DNA from: Octopus vulgaris
Taxonomy: Eukaryota
Assembly (NCBI GenBank): GCA_951406725.2
Contig: OX597816.1
Location: 34,720,001-34,784,000 of the forward strand
Reading direction: 5' to 3'
Length of the DNA stretch: 64,000 bases
In this document: positions 27,609-41,429 of the stretch, piece after piece
Numbering within the stretch: position 1 is the first letter of the stretch
Layout: every line of letters starts with the position of its first letter
Notes under the pieces: generated by a model
What the model was told of the DNA's origin: nothing
Seen by the model: the letters and a program-made list of their open reading frames with translations, nothing else
Databases searched by the model: none
Translations under genes and position numbers: made by a program

Positions 27609-28754
27609 TAGCATTAAAGACCCGTCGTTGCCGGGTCATAGTGCTAGTGCATGTATATATGTGTATATATATGTGTACATATTACATGTACATCTATATA
27701 TATACATCTACACATAAAATACAAAATACAAAGTTATATCGCTAGTGATAACAATACTCAAAATATATAACAGACTGGAATTGTTAGCCCGTCTCTTGTA
27801 ATTTCGATCAATTGTATCTTGTCCTCCCTCTTGTATAGAAGTGTGGCTACAATCCAGCCTACCTCTACTTCGGGGGTGGGGTACATTTTTTTCCGGGACG
27901 ACCTACGTCCCAGATTTAAAGGTAAAAATAAAATATTCCCACTTTGCAAGTTCGAGTACTCCCTTTCACGCTCCGTTGACTCGGACCTTGCTTCTATTGT
28001 AGCGAATTTACCGCCTCTGATTAGATACCTTTCATAGTAGCACCAAGACACTTTTCGAAGGTGCTTTCCTCCATGTGTTCAAATCTTTTTTCTCTACATT
28101 GTATACTTCATAGACGATAGTCTTTTCTTTAATTTAATTTTTTATTTTCCATCTGGACTATTCCATTTCTACACGCTAATCTTATTTTTACTTTATTCCC
28201 ATTCATGTGAAACCACTTATTCAAGTTCAAATCATCGATGCAATTTTATATCAATTGCTATTTTTATTTTTATCATGTTACTTTAGTTTGATTTTAATTA
28301 TTACTTACTACATATAATTCAATTCTTTTTATTTTTATTGTTAAAGTGAAAGTATCTGACATAAAATAGAGAAACGTTTTTGTTTCACCTTTAACACGTA
28401 ATACTGAAATAGTGGAGAAGATATGATATTGCTATGGGCTTGCTCTAGGCAAGAAGTTGAAAATGTTTTTTGCCCATGAAACTACAAGGACCCTAAGTAA
28501 GGCATGTGTGAAATTTGAATGGAATTGGTTGTGTAGTTCTCAAGTTTTAGGGAATCGTAGTGGAGAAGATATGATATTGCTGTGGGCTCGCCCTAGGCAA
28601 AAAGTTTAAAATGTTTTTGTCGATGATACTCCCCGGACCCTAAGTAAGGCATGTGTAAAATTTGAATGAAATTGGTTGTGTAGTTCTCAAGTTTTAGGGA
28701 AACACACAGACACACAGACACACAGACACACATTCTCTGGTTTATATATAAAGA
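27608..28754 (-). mobile_element. Non-autonomous Helitron with internal tandem duplication of about 150 bp
   Basis: The minus strand starts A|TCtttatatataaa and ends acccggcaacgacgggt-ctttaatgCTAG|T (subterminal hairpin). Repeats are at 28410-28555 and 28558-28700. Confidence 0.85.
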
Positions 28755-28907
28755 TATATATATATATTACGGAGATGTACTCGCATAGCAAGTAATTTGA
28801 TCTGAGATCGTGTGCTGAAACGAAAACAATTGCAGCGTGGGAGGTGTTTATAAGCCATTTAAGAAACACACAAAAGCCGTTCGATTCACTCCAACATTTA
28901 AGTTTAA

Positions 28908-28957
28908 TTTGTCAAAATATTTTCGTCGCTAAAATCCGCGACCTGTTCACTGACAAA
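28908..28957 (-). ncRNA. Hammerhead-like motif with G3-C8 core swap
   Basis: Reverse complement reads tttgtca-GTGAACA-g-gtcgc-ggatttta-gcgac-GAAA-atat-TT-tgacaaa. It lies in a short repeat at about 28767-28970. Confidence 0.6.
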
Positions 28958-28965
28958 GTCCGTGC

Positions 28966-29024
<59 letters not shown>

Positions 29025-29444
29025 TAATGAGTACATACACGTGCGTGTGTGAATTTGTTTTTGCGTGTGTGTGAGTGAGAGAAAGAGAGAGAGTATATGA
29101 TATATGCGTATATTTGTGTGAGTGTGTATGTATCCCTGCCGTATGGAAAACAAAATCCTTATGGAGCAGAGGAATCCATGTGAGTCAATGGTGATTCCAA
29201 CCTTGGGTGTTTATACGCATGTATATTTACAGGCCCAGCCTGGTTTAACCTCTTAGTCTTCTTAAAACAGACATTCGAAGACGTAACGTCGTACTGCCTA
29301 ACAATTTCAGTACCGGGGATATAAAACTCCGTGATAAGAAGACATGTCGCCTTCATAATTATTCTTTTACCTTCTTTCAGCTGCTCAGTGAATATAGGAT
29401 TGTGTGAGGGGATTGCTATGCCGTGCAGCAATGTAGTATTGTCA

Positions 29445-29835
29445 TCTTTATATATAAAAGTGAAGTTGTGTGTCTGTCTCCTACGATTTAGATTCCTAAC
29501 TACTCCCACATTTTGCGGTGCAGTTTAACCAAAACCGGGTATCTTATAGTCGTGATTCATATCGAGCCCTTCTGCGTATTAGCGCACGTCTACGATGAGT
29601 CTACGATTTTAAAAAAAAATTACCATCAATTTTTCCCATTTTTTAATGCATTTTTGGAATATATAAGGGAAGTAACTCTCTAAAAATGTATTATTAAATC
29701 TCAGAATGTAAAAAGCTTCAGTAACCCCCGTTTGTGGTTAGCCATATTAAGATGGCTATTATACTTTACATTTCTAAAACTGCTTCTATAGTTATTGCCC
29801 TTACAAACCCGAGCAACGCCGGGCGATACTGCTAG
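29445..29835 (+). mobile_element. Non-autonomous Helitron, 391 bp
   Basis: A|TCtttatatataaaag ... cccgagcaacgccggg-cgatactgCTAG|T: canonical TC/CTAG ends, 3' hairpin and AT target. Confidence 0.9.
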
Positions 29836-29869
29836 TATAATATATATGTATGCATGTATGTGTGTGTGT

Positions 29870-31450
29870 GTATTTATCCAAATCCAACAGCGACGAAAGA
29901 ATGGGAACATGTGCGGGCTTTGGACCATCCTTGGACAATCTTTGGACCATCCTTGGTAACTTGGACGTCAATGTTAAGCAATTTTATGCGACACCATCAA
30001 GCCATGAGAGTCCGTTTCAACTTCACTGGTATACTCGAAGAACCAATTTCCATCGATAACATAGTTAAACAAAATGATATTCCTAAGCGACCTATTTTTG
30101 CATATATTTTGGTTTAACTGCTTCGTTTTGCTTCAGAATCATAGACAGAGTATTTGATATGACATGTTTCAAAACAGACTCGGATATTTTCCATAATATT
30201 GTTCATGATCTTTATTATGCTGAAAATACAGATCTCTTTGTTCAATGGAAATCTCCGTATTATGCGATGCTTTTAGGCTTACCATCAAAATGAAGAAGAC
30301 TAAATCATGTTCTCCTTGTCTCCATGTCTGCCCTGTGTCGAACCTAACATTTTTATCAAATGTACACTCCTGAGTCCAGCTTGGCAGCGCTAGAAATGCT
30401 TCTTTCGTTTCCGAAATAATACAGATTTGGAAGCTTAAAAATTGCGTATGGCCTGAAAGAGAGACCTTACTATCAAGACCAATCTCCTCAGTGTCTATAA
30501 ATCGTGCATCTTATCGGGTCGTTTTAATCTTCTGAGCCTTGTAATATGCATGGTCGTCATATCAAATTCGTGGAAAGCTAGTATGAAGGTTGACTTAAGT
30601 GGATCATAAATATTAAAAAAGCATTTTCTTACAAGGGATACTGTTGGTCACCAGTGAGACAACGTCTCCAATATTAATCTGCTCCCTACATGCAATCATA
30701 TGTGTCGGTTGTCTTAGGTAGGATAAAGGATTACAGGTTACATAAGCGGTTTTACGGAGATTAGCAGGGTGGCAAATGTCATTTATAGAGTCATAAACAG
30801 AATCTTTTGAGAGATGTCATAAATCATAAATCTCTTAACATTGATGCCGAAGAGCGAAAGTACATGTCGGAAACTTGATTCGTCAGGAAAGAAATGATCT
30901 ACGATGGCTGTGAAGCAATTGAAATACTAAGAATCGAACATTCCATCTTGAAACGAGATTTACGTAAATGATACTTCACCTCAATTACAGACATTTTTCA
31001 ACCTGATTATATTTGTAACATCTTCAGTAGTGTCTGTTTGTCTGTAGCCGAACTAGAAAATCATGACAGCAAGGAAATAATAATTGATTGTTCACATGAC
31101 CTTCCTGAGCAATATACAGGCATTTTCTGTCAATTCTGTGACAAGGTACACGTGTTAGCAGACGGAATGAAAAATCTCATAAGTGTACGCAAAAGCAAGG
31201 TTAACAAGAACAGTCATTTGTTTGTCACATTCACAGGAAGACTTCGAAATTTGCAGCACGCCGGAAGAAGAGCTATATGCATGCGTACATGGGCTTTTCT
31301 AAGACTAAAGAGAGGTTCTTCCTTCTATTACAAAGAGCAAATACTAACTTCATACACACAAACACACACACACACGCAACCTCTGTTTCTGAATTTGGTT
31401 TGCAAGATGCTTTATATGAATTTGTATGCTGAAGCAAATGTTGTTGTCTT
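29870..31450 (+). mobile_element. Possible decayed DNA-transposon (piggyBac-like) coding relic
   Basis: Coding-like composition with faint frameshifted motif echoes only; no intact motif. Confidence 0.25.
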
Positions 31451-32099
31451 GAGAGAATCATTTCGGCATTAATAACACACATATCGGTTCATTTCCGCTT
31501 TTTTAGTCAATTAGTCAATTGGATAAATATCAAATCCAACTGAGTAAATACTCGGTAAATTAAATAATCTAATAAACTAATACAATAAACTAAATAATCG
31601 ATTATTTATTTAACTTGTTAGTTATATATAATCCATTAACATATTTTTTTGTTCGTCATAGTTCTTTCGTTGCCATTCGCAAACTTTACAGTGACAGCGA
31701 ACTCCACCTTGGTTTGAAGACTGCTATCGTCCGAAAATCTCACGGAATACATATATGCATATATGTGTGTGTGTGCGCGCGCGCGCGTGTGCTTGCGTGT
31801 GTGTGCGCGCGCGCGTGTGTGCTTGCGTGTGTGCGCGCGTGCGTGTGTGTTATGTGTGTGTTCTGTGTATAGTGTGTATTTTGTATTGGTTGTGTATTTG
31901 TGCGTGTTTCTGTGTGTGCGTGCGTGTGTGTACGTGTGTGTTGTATGTGAGTTTCTATTTTGTGTGGGCAGTGTGTGTGTTTGTATTTTGTGTGGGAAGT
32001 GTGTGTGTGTGTGTATATGTGTGTGTATACCATTGAATATAATGTTCTGTATAATGTATGTGCATAACATTTAACTGTTGGGATACATACAGTTTAGTT

Positions 32100-32515
32100 C
32101 TTTATTGCCCACAGTGGGGATGAACATAGGTGGGGGCAAACAAGGACAGACAAAGGAATTAAGTCGAATCCACCGACCACAGTGCGTAACTGGTAATTAT
32201 TTAATCGAACCCGAAAGGATAAAAGGCAATGTCGACTCAGAATTTGAATTTGAACTCAGAACATAACACCTGACGAAATACCTATTTTTTTAGTACCCAC
32301 AAGGGGCTAAACACAGAGGGGACAAACAAGGACAGACATAGGTATTATGTCGATTACATCGACCCCAGTGCGTAACTGGTACTTAATTTATCGACCCCGA
32401 AAGGATGAAAGGAAAAGTCGACCTCGGCGGAATTTGAACTCAGAACGTAACACCTGACGAAATACCGCTAAGCATTTCGCCTGTCGTGCTAACAATTCTG
32501 CCAGCTTGCCGCCCT
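32100..32515 (-). mobile_element. SINE family A, head-to-tail partial tandem
   Basis: Full copy at 32281-32515 plus a headless copy at 32100-32280. Both carry the variant aacacctgacgaaata. Confidence 0.88.
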
Positions 32516-32932
32516 CGGATACATACAATTACTAGAAGTAAAATACTATAAGTATGTTAGCTTCATAACCACAACAAAACAACTTGGGACAATTTATGTA
32601 TTCCAGCATTCGTACTACTTAGTTGTATGAACTAGCCTTCGATAATTTAATACATTTTTTCTGTAACATCACATAACTCCAGTCGTGTTTTCACTATATA
32701 TATGATTTTATATAATCACAAATTCTGTGCATTGTGTAATTGTTATCATAGGCAGAGATGTGGATATGTAATTACCAATACAACTATTGAAATAATTTCA
32801 GATACTTGCAGATTTACATATAGTCATGAACTCCATTATACATTATTTCTCAGAGGAATGGTATTGGATTTTAGAGCGGAAATACGTATCATATTTCCTT
32901 AGCCACACACGCACACTCACACATACACAGTT

Positions 32933-33018
<86 letters not shown>

Positions 33019-33257
33019 CACATATGTAATTATTTATATATGTACATGCTTATACATACGTACAATCACACACGCACGCACGAACACACACACGCACACA
33101 CTGATATATATATATAGAGAGAGAGAAAGAGTGAAATAGAGAGAGAGCCATATATATGTATATCAGAATGACATGCGCATTTATGACTATATGGACAAAC
33201 CTACATATTTATATATGTATATACGTATTTATGGTAACTACACGTAAAATCGAACAT

Positions 33258-33302
<45 letters not shown>

Positions 33303-33394
33303 TATATAATTAGGGTTCAGCAACGATTTTTTTACTGCTATTTCTAAACTTCGGTATGTGGTGAAGCAAATCGTTCCTGAACCCTAATTATATA
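33303..33394. repeat. 27-bp inverted repeat (hairpin)
   Basis: tatataattagggttcagcaacgattt ... aaatcgttcctgaaccctaattatata. Confidence 0.8.
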
Positions 33395-33490
33395 GTATTA
33401 CTTAAACTTACCATGAATGGTCCTTTTCATGCCGAATTCTACTTGGTGAAATTACTGATTACTTCTTAATTAATTAATTTCACCCTTTGT

Positions 33491-33521
<31 letters not shown>

Positions 33522-34223
33522 ACTATAAAAAAGAGTTTTATGTGTGTATGTGCGTACTTCCCTTGTGCATTCCAAACCGAGACGTCGATTTTGGCGCAAG
33601 GGGTAACAAAAGATTCAGTAAGCTTTTGGCTACCATATAATCTACATTTTCATTACATATTTGAATTACAAAAAAATTAATATTAGTTTTTTTTAGTTAT
33701 TTATCGTAAACGACAATTTATATCACCGCTACACTGACGGTGAAGTCACATTTTCTATATGAGTGTGTTCGCACGTTCGTTACCCACGTTAGGTCGATGA
33801 TTAACAATTATATATGTGTGACGGTGTATGTGTCAGTCAGTATAAATACATTTTCTCATCAGGGAAAGAAAAAAGAAACCAAACACAACAATAAAACATT
33901 TAAACAGAATGTGTTGAATGTGTATAGTGATGGACGGAACGCTATGAAGTTTTTTTTAAAAAAAGAAAACTAGAAAATATATCACCAAAGGTAGCCTCTA
34001 GAAAGAGGAGGGGTAAAAGAAAGAAATAAGCAAAATACTAATAAACGAGAAATATAGAGCGGTATGTGAATTAAAATAAAAGCTTAAAGACTTGGAAATA
34101 GATATATCTATTGGAAGTGAAATGTAAGATGAAAATCAATCTTCAAATTATATAGAATGGTAGATATCAATTATATGAAATAACAGTATGTTTCTGCCAA
34201 TTTTTACATCGATAAGTACGCTC

Positions 34224-34276
34224 TATAAACGTGTTTACAAGGCGATTCCTATAATCTCCTTGTAAACACGTTTATA
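34224..34276. repeat. 53-nt near-perfect hairpin
   Basis: tataaacgtgtttacaagg-c-gatt-cctat-aatc-t-ccttgtaaacacgtttata. Confidence 0.85.
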
Positions 34277-34309
34277 TACATACACGTATGTATGTATATA
34301 AATTGACAG

Positions 34310-34990
34310 AATGAGATTTTTAAAAATCCAAAGTGGTCTTACAGCTGTTTCCGGGATATTTTATATATCCCTTCATCAAAAACGGTGCGAGAAAATGTTT
34401 AAAAGTAATAGTTATTATAAAGATATGAAATACAGAGTGAAGTGGAAGAATGAAAACAGACGTGAGATACGTAAGGATACTCTATCTGCAGTTTCATAAT
34501 TTAAGCAGAATGGTGTATATATGTTTCCTGTATCTTTGTGTGTGAGTTCCAGTGATGTTTATAGTTGGTCATTCCAAGCATAGAGTCCTGTAAGCGGTGT
34601 TATTCGATCGAGCGTTTCTTTTAAGTGACTTAAAAGTCGGGAATGCGTTTGTGAGATCAAATCAAAAATAGGAAGAGAAAAAAAGAGGGAGAGTGACAAT
34701 AAACAAGTGAAGAAAGAGAAGGTGTGTTAGCTAGTGGTTAGGATAAAATGACAGAAGGAAGAGAGAGATAAGGGAATGAGAGAGGATGAGATGAGAGGAT
34801 ATAGAGATGAGAGGGTAAAGAGTAAAAGAGTGTGAGGTATGTTAGCAGGGGTGTTTTGACAGAGCTTAAGAGATTGGCATAGAAAGTGTAGAGAGAAGGT
34901 AAGAGTAGTAAGATTTAGGTGGAATGAAGAATTAAGAATATAAGACAAGCTGCTTAAATGAACAGGTTCGCGGTGAGTAGTAGAAGAAAT
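34310..34990 (-). mobile_element. PLE-type relic with degenerate HHR at 34336-34383
   Basis: Reverse complement reads gttt-TTGATGA-a-gggatat..atatccc-g-GAAA-cagctg-TA-agac. The flank is homologous to 220-360. Confidence 0.6.
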
Positions 34991-35807
34991 AAAGAATTTA
35001 TATTTGTGAAGATGTATACATACATACGTATCCACACATGCATATAGGCATTTACATACATCAACACACATATTTGCATATAAACTCTTATTTTACACGC
35101 ATTTACGCATATACACACTTATATGTATCTATATTTGTATTTAAAAATTCTTGCATACATAAATGCATGCGTGGAGATTCACACACTCGCATAAACGTAT
35201 GCAAGTGTGTGCATCTACACACGCACCCACGCACAGACACACACAGAGGCAGGTATTCGTACAATATATATCTACAGATAGTCATATACAAATCTGTATA
35301 TATATATATAAAATATATATACTTATAATAATGTATATTCACATGTAACAGCTTGTATGTTCGTATATGCATGCATACAGCCGTATATACACAAGCTCAT
35401 GCATACGTGTATCTATATGTACATACACCATGCATACATACATATATAAATACATACATACATACATAATACATACATACGTACGTACGTTCGTACATGT
35501 ATATACATATAGATATATACTTATATAATTAAATGTTTGTGATCCTCAAGTATGAAAGGGGTATTAGATAAGGATTAGAAGTTAAAATATAGATTTATAA
35601 GGTTATTAGGGATTACCTAAGGGGTATTGTGGAAATACCCCTGTGTGGTTATTGACGCATTTGGATTAGTGGTAGTAATTGAATATATGTAAAAAGCGGT
35701 GGTTTCATGAACTTAGGGCCTCATTATGTTTATTTAGCAGTGTTGAAGTGATGTGGTACAATTTGTGAAGTGCCTCTTTCAGGCAAAGCTTGCAGTTTGA
35801 GCTTATA

Positions 35808-35862
<55 letters not shown>

Positions 35863-35925
35863 GTATGTGTGTATGTATATATATATATGTGTGTGTGTGT
35901 GTGTATGTATGTGTGTGAATATATA

Positions 35926-35987
<62 letters not shown>

Positions 35988-36756
35988 AAGAGTTAGATAG
36001 ATAGACAAATGGAAAGATTGATATATAGATAGACAGAAGTATACACTTTCTGTCTTTCTCTCTCTTTCCCTCTCTTTCTCTCTCTATCTATCTATCTCTC
36101 ACACATATACAAACACAAACGTTTCAGGTGCGTTTCAAGAGAGGGAGAAGAAAAAAAATGAGAAATACTGTTTTTACATTGATAGATAGATATAAATAAA
36201 ATTATATGTCTAGCTGTTATATAATGTGTATTCATATATTTCGGAACACGTTTAGACTATTAATGTATAATATTAGTATTCATTGTATTTAATATATGCA
36301 TTGATGCAAAGGAAGGGAAAAACTACATGTGAATTTATTCCATTCACGTTCCATTCATCTGAATGTTGAGGTCATGATATGGAGGTGTTCCACGTGACAT
36401 AAATATATGATGACAACAATTGGCCGTTCGATTTAGTTATGGAGCTGTTGGAGTAAATAATATAAGAGTAGGTGGCGAGGGTGTAATGGAAGTAGTACTG
36501 GAATAATAAGGAAAAAGAATGAAGGCAATCCGAAAGAAAAAAAAAGAGCATCTACGAAAGATAAATAACTGAAAGAAAAGTAAATGTAACAATCGGATGA
36601 AGGAAATAAAGAAGAGGCTGAAAGAAGCTGGGGAAGAATGTGACACAATTTGACATCAGAATGAAACGAAGATAGCTTGATTAGCATACCTGAAATTTAC
36701 TTTGATTCTACGAATGCTAATGATTCTAGAAAACAGCAGACACACTCACGTCATGA

Positions 36757-36852
<96 letters not shown>

Positions 36853-37086
36853 TGTGTGTGTGTGTGTGTGTGGACGCATATAGCGTTTTCAAGGTTTCTC
36901 GAGGTACGCACAAGACTTTTTTTAATTTTATTTTAGTGTGCTACTCTGTTTCTTGGCGTTTTCTCATGTGTATTCGGGTATGCATAAGTGTACGTACACA
37001 CTCAAAATCATCTTTATGAATAGATATCTATAAGTATATAGGTAAGCTTTTTGGTGTATACATGTGGGTGCGCGTGTGTCTGTTTT

Positions 37087-37130
<44 letters not shown>

Positions 37131-37387
37131 TAGAAAAAAAAAAACACATTTTATCAATTCAAAATGAATAATTAAATTACACCATCTAGAAAATTACATA
37201 TAACAGAAAAGTTAAAATTAAAATAACAACAAAAAGTAACAATAAATTATTCATCTTGAATTGATAAAAGGTGGGGTTTATTTTCTAATATTTTATATAT
37301 ATATTATATTGTGTGGAATTTTATTTAGTATTTCTAAATTGAATTATTTTTCCTTGTAAGGTTGGATTTTATTCCCTCAAATAATAA

Positions 37388-37438
<51 letters not shown>

Positions 37439-37859
37439 CCTCGTGTGAATGTGTCTATGTGCATGTATGTAAGTGTGTATGTCAATGGTTTAACTCGTGC
37501 CATATACATATACATTTGGTTTTGAATATCTGCATGTCATTATATGGAACTTTGTGTGAGTACAGTAAGAGATTCTCCAGAAAAGAGATAATGAAATCAA
37601 TAGAGATTCGGAAACTAATAGATATTTTGAGATAGATTCATAAAATATGATTTCTTTTAACGGATATAAGCATTCGTGCTTGTATGTCGTGTTACTGGAG
37701 ATGTCGGTCCATGTAATAGATGCTCTCTTCTGGATACGTCAAATTTTATTGTAGTTAAATAAATTACGTTGGTGCAAATACTTCTCAGGTGTCACTGTAC
37801 GGAGTAAAGAGAATGAAATGACGAACTTGTATAAGTATATACACACACACACACATATA

Positions 37860-37907
<48 letters not shown>

Positions 37908-37918
37908 TATTTATTTAT

Positions 37919-37954
<36 letters not shown>

Positions 37955-37986
37955 TTATTTATTTATCAATATATATATATATATAT

Positions 37987-38068
37987 AAAATAGAAAGGAG
38001 TGAAAAAACTACAGAAGGCTTGTTTTATAAAACAAGCCTTCTGTAGTTTTTTCACTCTTTTCTATTTT
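37987..38068. repeat. 82-bp loopless palindrome
   Basis: Centre gtttta|taaaac at 38027/38028 with one mismatch in the 41-bp arms. The arm matches the PLE end at 49953-49990. Confidence 0.9.
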
Positions 38069-38110
38069 TTATACATCCACCACGTGCTTTCACACATCAG
38101 CTTTCTCACC

Positions 38111-38177
<67 letters not shown>

Positions 38178-38200
38178 TCACACACACACACACACACACA

Positions 38201-38720
38201 GACGAGAATAAACTAGGAAGTTCATAGGCTGCCTATGAATATTTGATGCTAGATTTGTCAAGTCTTGCATACATTAGTTTCAAATGCATTTGTTTTTCAA
38301 CTCAACTGACATCTTACAGCCCAAAGAAGATTTCACAATGAACTTGTAGAAATTTTGCTGAATATAGACAAAATTTGACATCGTTGGTCTATGAACTAAC
38401 TGCAGGAAAACTGTTTAGTCCCAATGACGATCCAGTTTTATCAACAGATTAAAAGTGGGCAGCTGAATTTAGGAGGTGGAAGAAGATCCCTAAAGATGAC
38501 CCTATTTTTGGTCGTCCTGCAGCTGTCACCACCAAGGTAAATATGGATCGTATTCCCCACATGGTGATAGATGATAGGCGATTGACTATAAATCAAATAA
38601 TCAATGCAATTAGAGTTGAGAATATTCTGCACAATGAACTTAGCACTACGAAGGTTTCTGTCCAAGGGGTGTCTCGTCTTCTGACACCTGATTAAAGCAG
38701 TACCAGCTGATCACATTGGA
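38201..38720 (+). mobile_element. Mariner 5' fragment (same family as 18335)
   Basis: Frameshifted KWAAEFRR..DD..GRPA..TT..N.DR..HMVIDDRRLTINQI. Confidence 0.8.
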
Positions 38721-39033
38721 CATTGAGAAGCAGTCATTATAATAACGGCATTTTGATACCCTGCGCTAAACATCATGACTCTTATAATTCTTTTTCCCTA
38801 TTCTGATATCCTTTGAATCCTGTAATTCAGCAAAAGTTTTCCGACTACAAATTTAATTGTTATGGTCCCCAACGCTGTTAGCTGTTTATCAATGTATGAT
38901 TCGGTTCTTGAAGAAAGGAGACATAAAATATCATCAAGTTTAGCCCGAACGTCTTATATATATATATATATATGTATGGTTGTATGATTGTATGTATATG
39001 TATATATGCATGCATACACACACACAGACACAC

Positions 39034-39066
<33 letters not shown>

Positions 39067-40279
39067 ATTAAACACAAATTGTGGAGAGTTATGTTTTGAG
39101 TAACTTTATTCTGTTACGAAAATACGAAAATTTCTTAACGATTTAGGAATAGTTTTCGTGCTATGCAATTCATCGTATTCATAATCATTAATCAATTAAT
39201 CATTTAATTACAGGAATATTTATCTTAGTAACTTATAGTTATTGATGTAAATCTTCAAATTCTGTTACAGACTTATGGAAGAAGGATTGTAGAGAATTGC
39301 GTATCAAATAGCTTTGTTTAAATTATTATACATTTCCAAAATTCGCAATCTCAGGTCACATTATATAATCAAATGTTGCACCATATTAACCTGTCGGAAC
39401 TTCGCTCAGTGACGATTATTAATATCTAAGAAATATGTAGGGTGGTATTTAAGGTGACTAGAAGTAGTTGAAACGGAGGATAGTTGTTTAGTAACTCTAT
39501 GTAAATTTTATCATTTTATTATCTGCTTTGATATTCCGTTGAAGAAATATCAAGTATTCTACGGTTTAAGTGAATTCAATAAAATAAATTGTGTACAAAT
39601 TAATTGAAATATATGTGATATGCAACAGACAAAGGAAAGATTAAATATTAAATATTAGTAAATGTGTATATGGTATATCTCAGAATAGATGATTTAAGAA
39701 GGAGGAGGGGTGAGAATCACTAAAGAGATGATCTACCATCAATTTATTTGATACCGATGTAAGCTGATTATGTGGGATTTAGTGTGAACATTTTCAGAAT
39801 GTCCTGTTAAATAAGTGAGAAGAACGAATTAATAACTCATTACATTTGTTAATAGCTTGGATGCACAGATGAGTATCGTAACCACTTCTGCCATACACAA
39901 ATTACATCTTGCACCATATCCTCTGTAAACAAGGGTTTTACCTATCATGTACTCTTTGTCATCCTTGAAGAACTTCGTCAACGAAGTGCACTTTTAGCTT
40001 ATTTTGTATTTAAAAGAGTGAATATTGTTATATAGTCAAACATTTAAAGACAAAGCTGAACAGCTTATTTAATAATAGAAACTCTCAGGTATTTTGATCA
40101 AGCAATTACGTATTACATTCTTCTTTTGACTATCCAGGGATTCATTTGCAAGTCTCCAACATATATACTTTCCAATATTCATAAGATACCTTATTTATTT
40201 AATTAGTGTTATTGCTACAACTCAGAAGAGACACTAAAAGGCCATCATTCCCGTTGTTTGCATCTCAAACATGCGTATC

Positions 40280-41130
40280 TAAATGTAAATGTAGATTACT
40301 TTATAACCCATGAGTATAGACGCGTTCGTTTATTCTTTCTGAACATGTTCGGTTTCCTAATGTTAATAGCCGATATGTTAGGTATAGTAAAATATGTCTA
40401 TTGAATATTTTGCAATGTCTGCAAGATGGTGGGATATGTCTGTATAACGTCTTATGTTTCCTGTGAAGAATTCAAACATAACAATATGCTACGTAATATT
40501 TTTATTACGAGCTATGTTCCACTTAAACTTTTGATCATAACTAATATTTGTATAGGTATTTCAATGTATATCACTTGCTACATGCTTGCATGAAATTTTG
40601 CGAATATTAGTGCAATCAAATTAAATTCTATATAGTTAGATCGAATCCAGTGAACTCAATCTTAAAATTATCGAAATATTTTTCTGGACACTGACAAGAG
40701 GCAGTATAGTTACTGGACATTATTTTCTTTTTCATTCGACGGTAATCTGTATTTCTCGCTATATGGAGAGATTTTAACTTATTTTCCTACCACCATTCAT
40801 GTTATAAGCAATTCTCTTTCTTTCACGATTATTATAGTAATGTGTATACCTTGCTTTTATAAATTCTATACACCGACTAGTATATTCTACTTTTCATAGA
40901 TCTTTCACAGTACTTGCCTCGGAAAATTTCCTCCGTATCTAAAAACTTTGGTACTGAAGATGGCATAATATTAACTATTGAAATAAAGAGGGTTCTTTGA
41001 CGATTAGCTTTTCGATTGCCCAACAGTGAGTTTTCATTGGGTTTATGGTACAGATGATATATTCTAGTACCAAGATCTAGCGTCACATCCAGGAAATTCA
41101 CAAATTTCATTGTGACTGTAAGGAGCTACA
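40280..41130 (-). mobile_element. Penelope-like element RT C-terminal relic
   Basis: ORF 40877-41110 VNFLDVTLDLGTRIYHLYHKPN matches the PLE RT FLD..Y.KP motif. Confidence 0.75.
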
Positions 41131-41429
41131 TATTACTACGTTTTTTCTTATTTCTCTCTAATACTATATAATCATTATTATTAAAGATAGGGAAAAGAGT
41201 GTCAAACCTATAGAGTTAACTATTCTTGATACATACGTATTGGTGCAAATTGTACAGACAAATCTGGTATTGATAGCACACATGCATTCTTGCGCATATA
41301 ATTGAGATAATAGTTTAGTATTTCCTATGAATACAGAAAGTGCTTATGAAAAGAATAATGTCTTTAACGACTACATGTATAATGTAATATGTAACTCTAA
41401 GAAACATTACATTTTCCCTCGGGGCAACC

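Noticed and set aside
28410-28700. Direct repeats as possible CRISPR array or LTRs
   Set aside because: Only two adjacent 150-bp units without spacers, inside a Helitron, in eukaryotic DNA.
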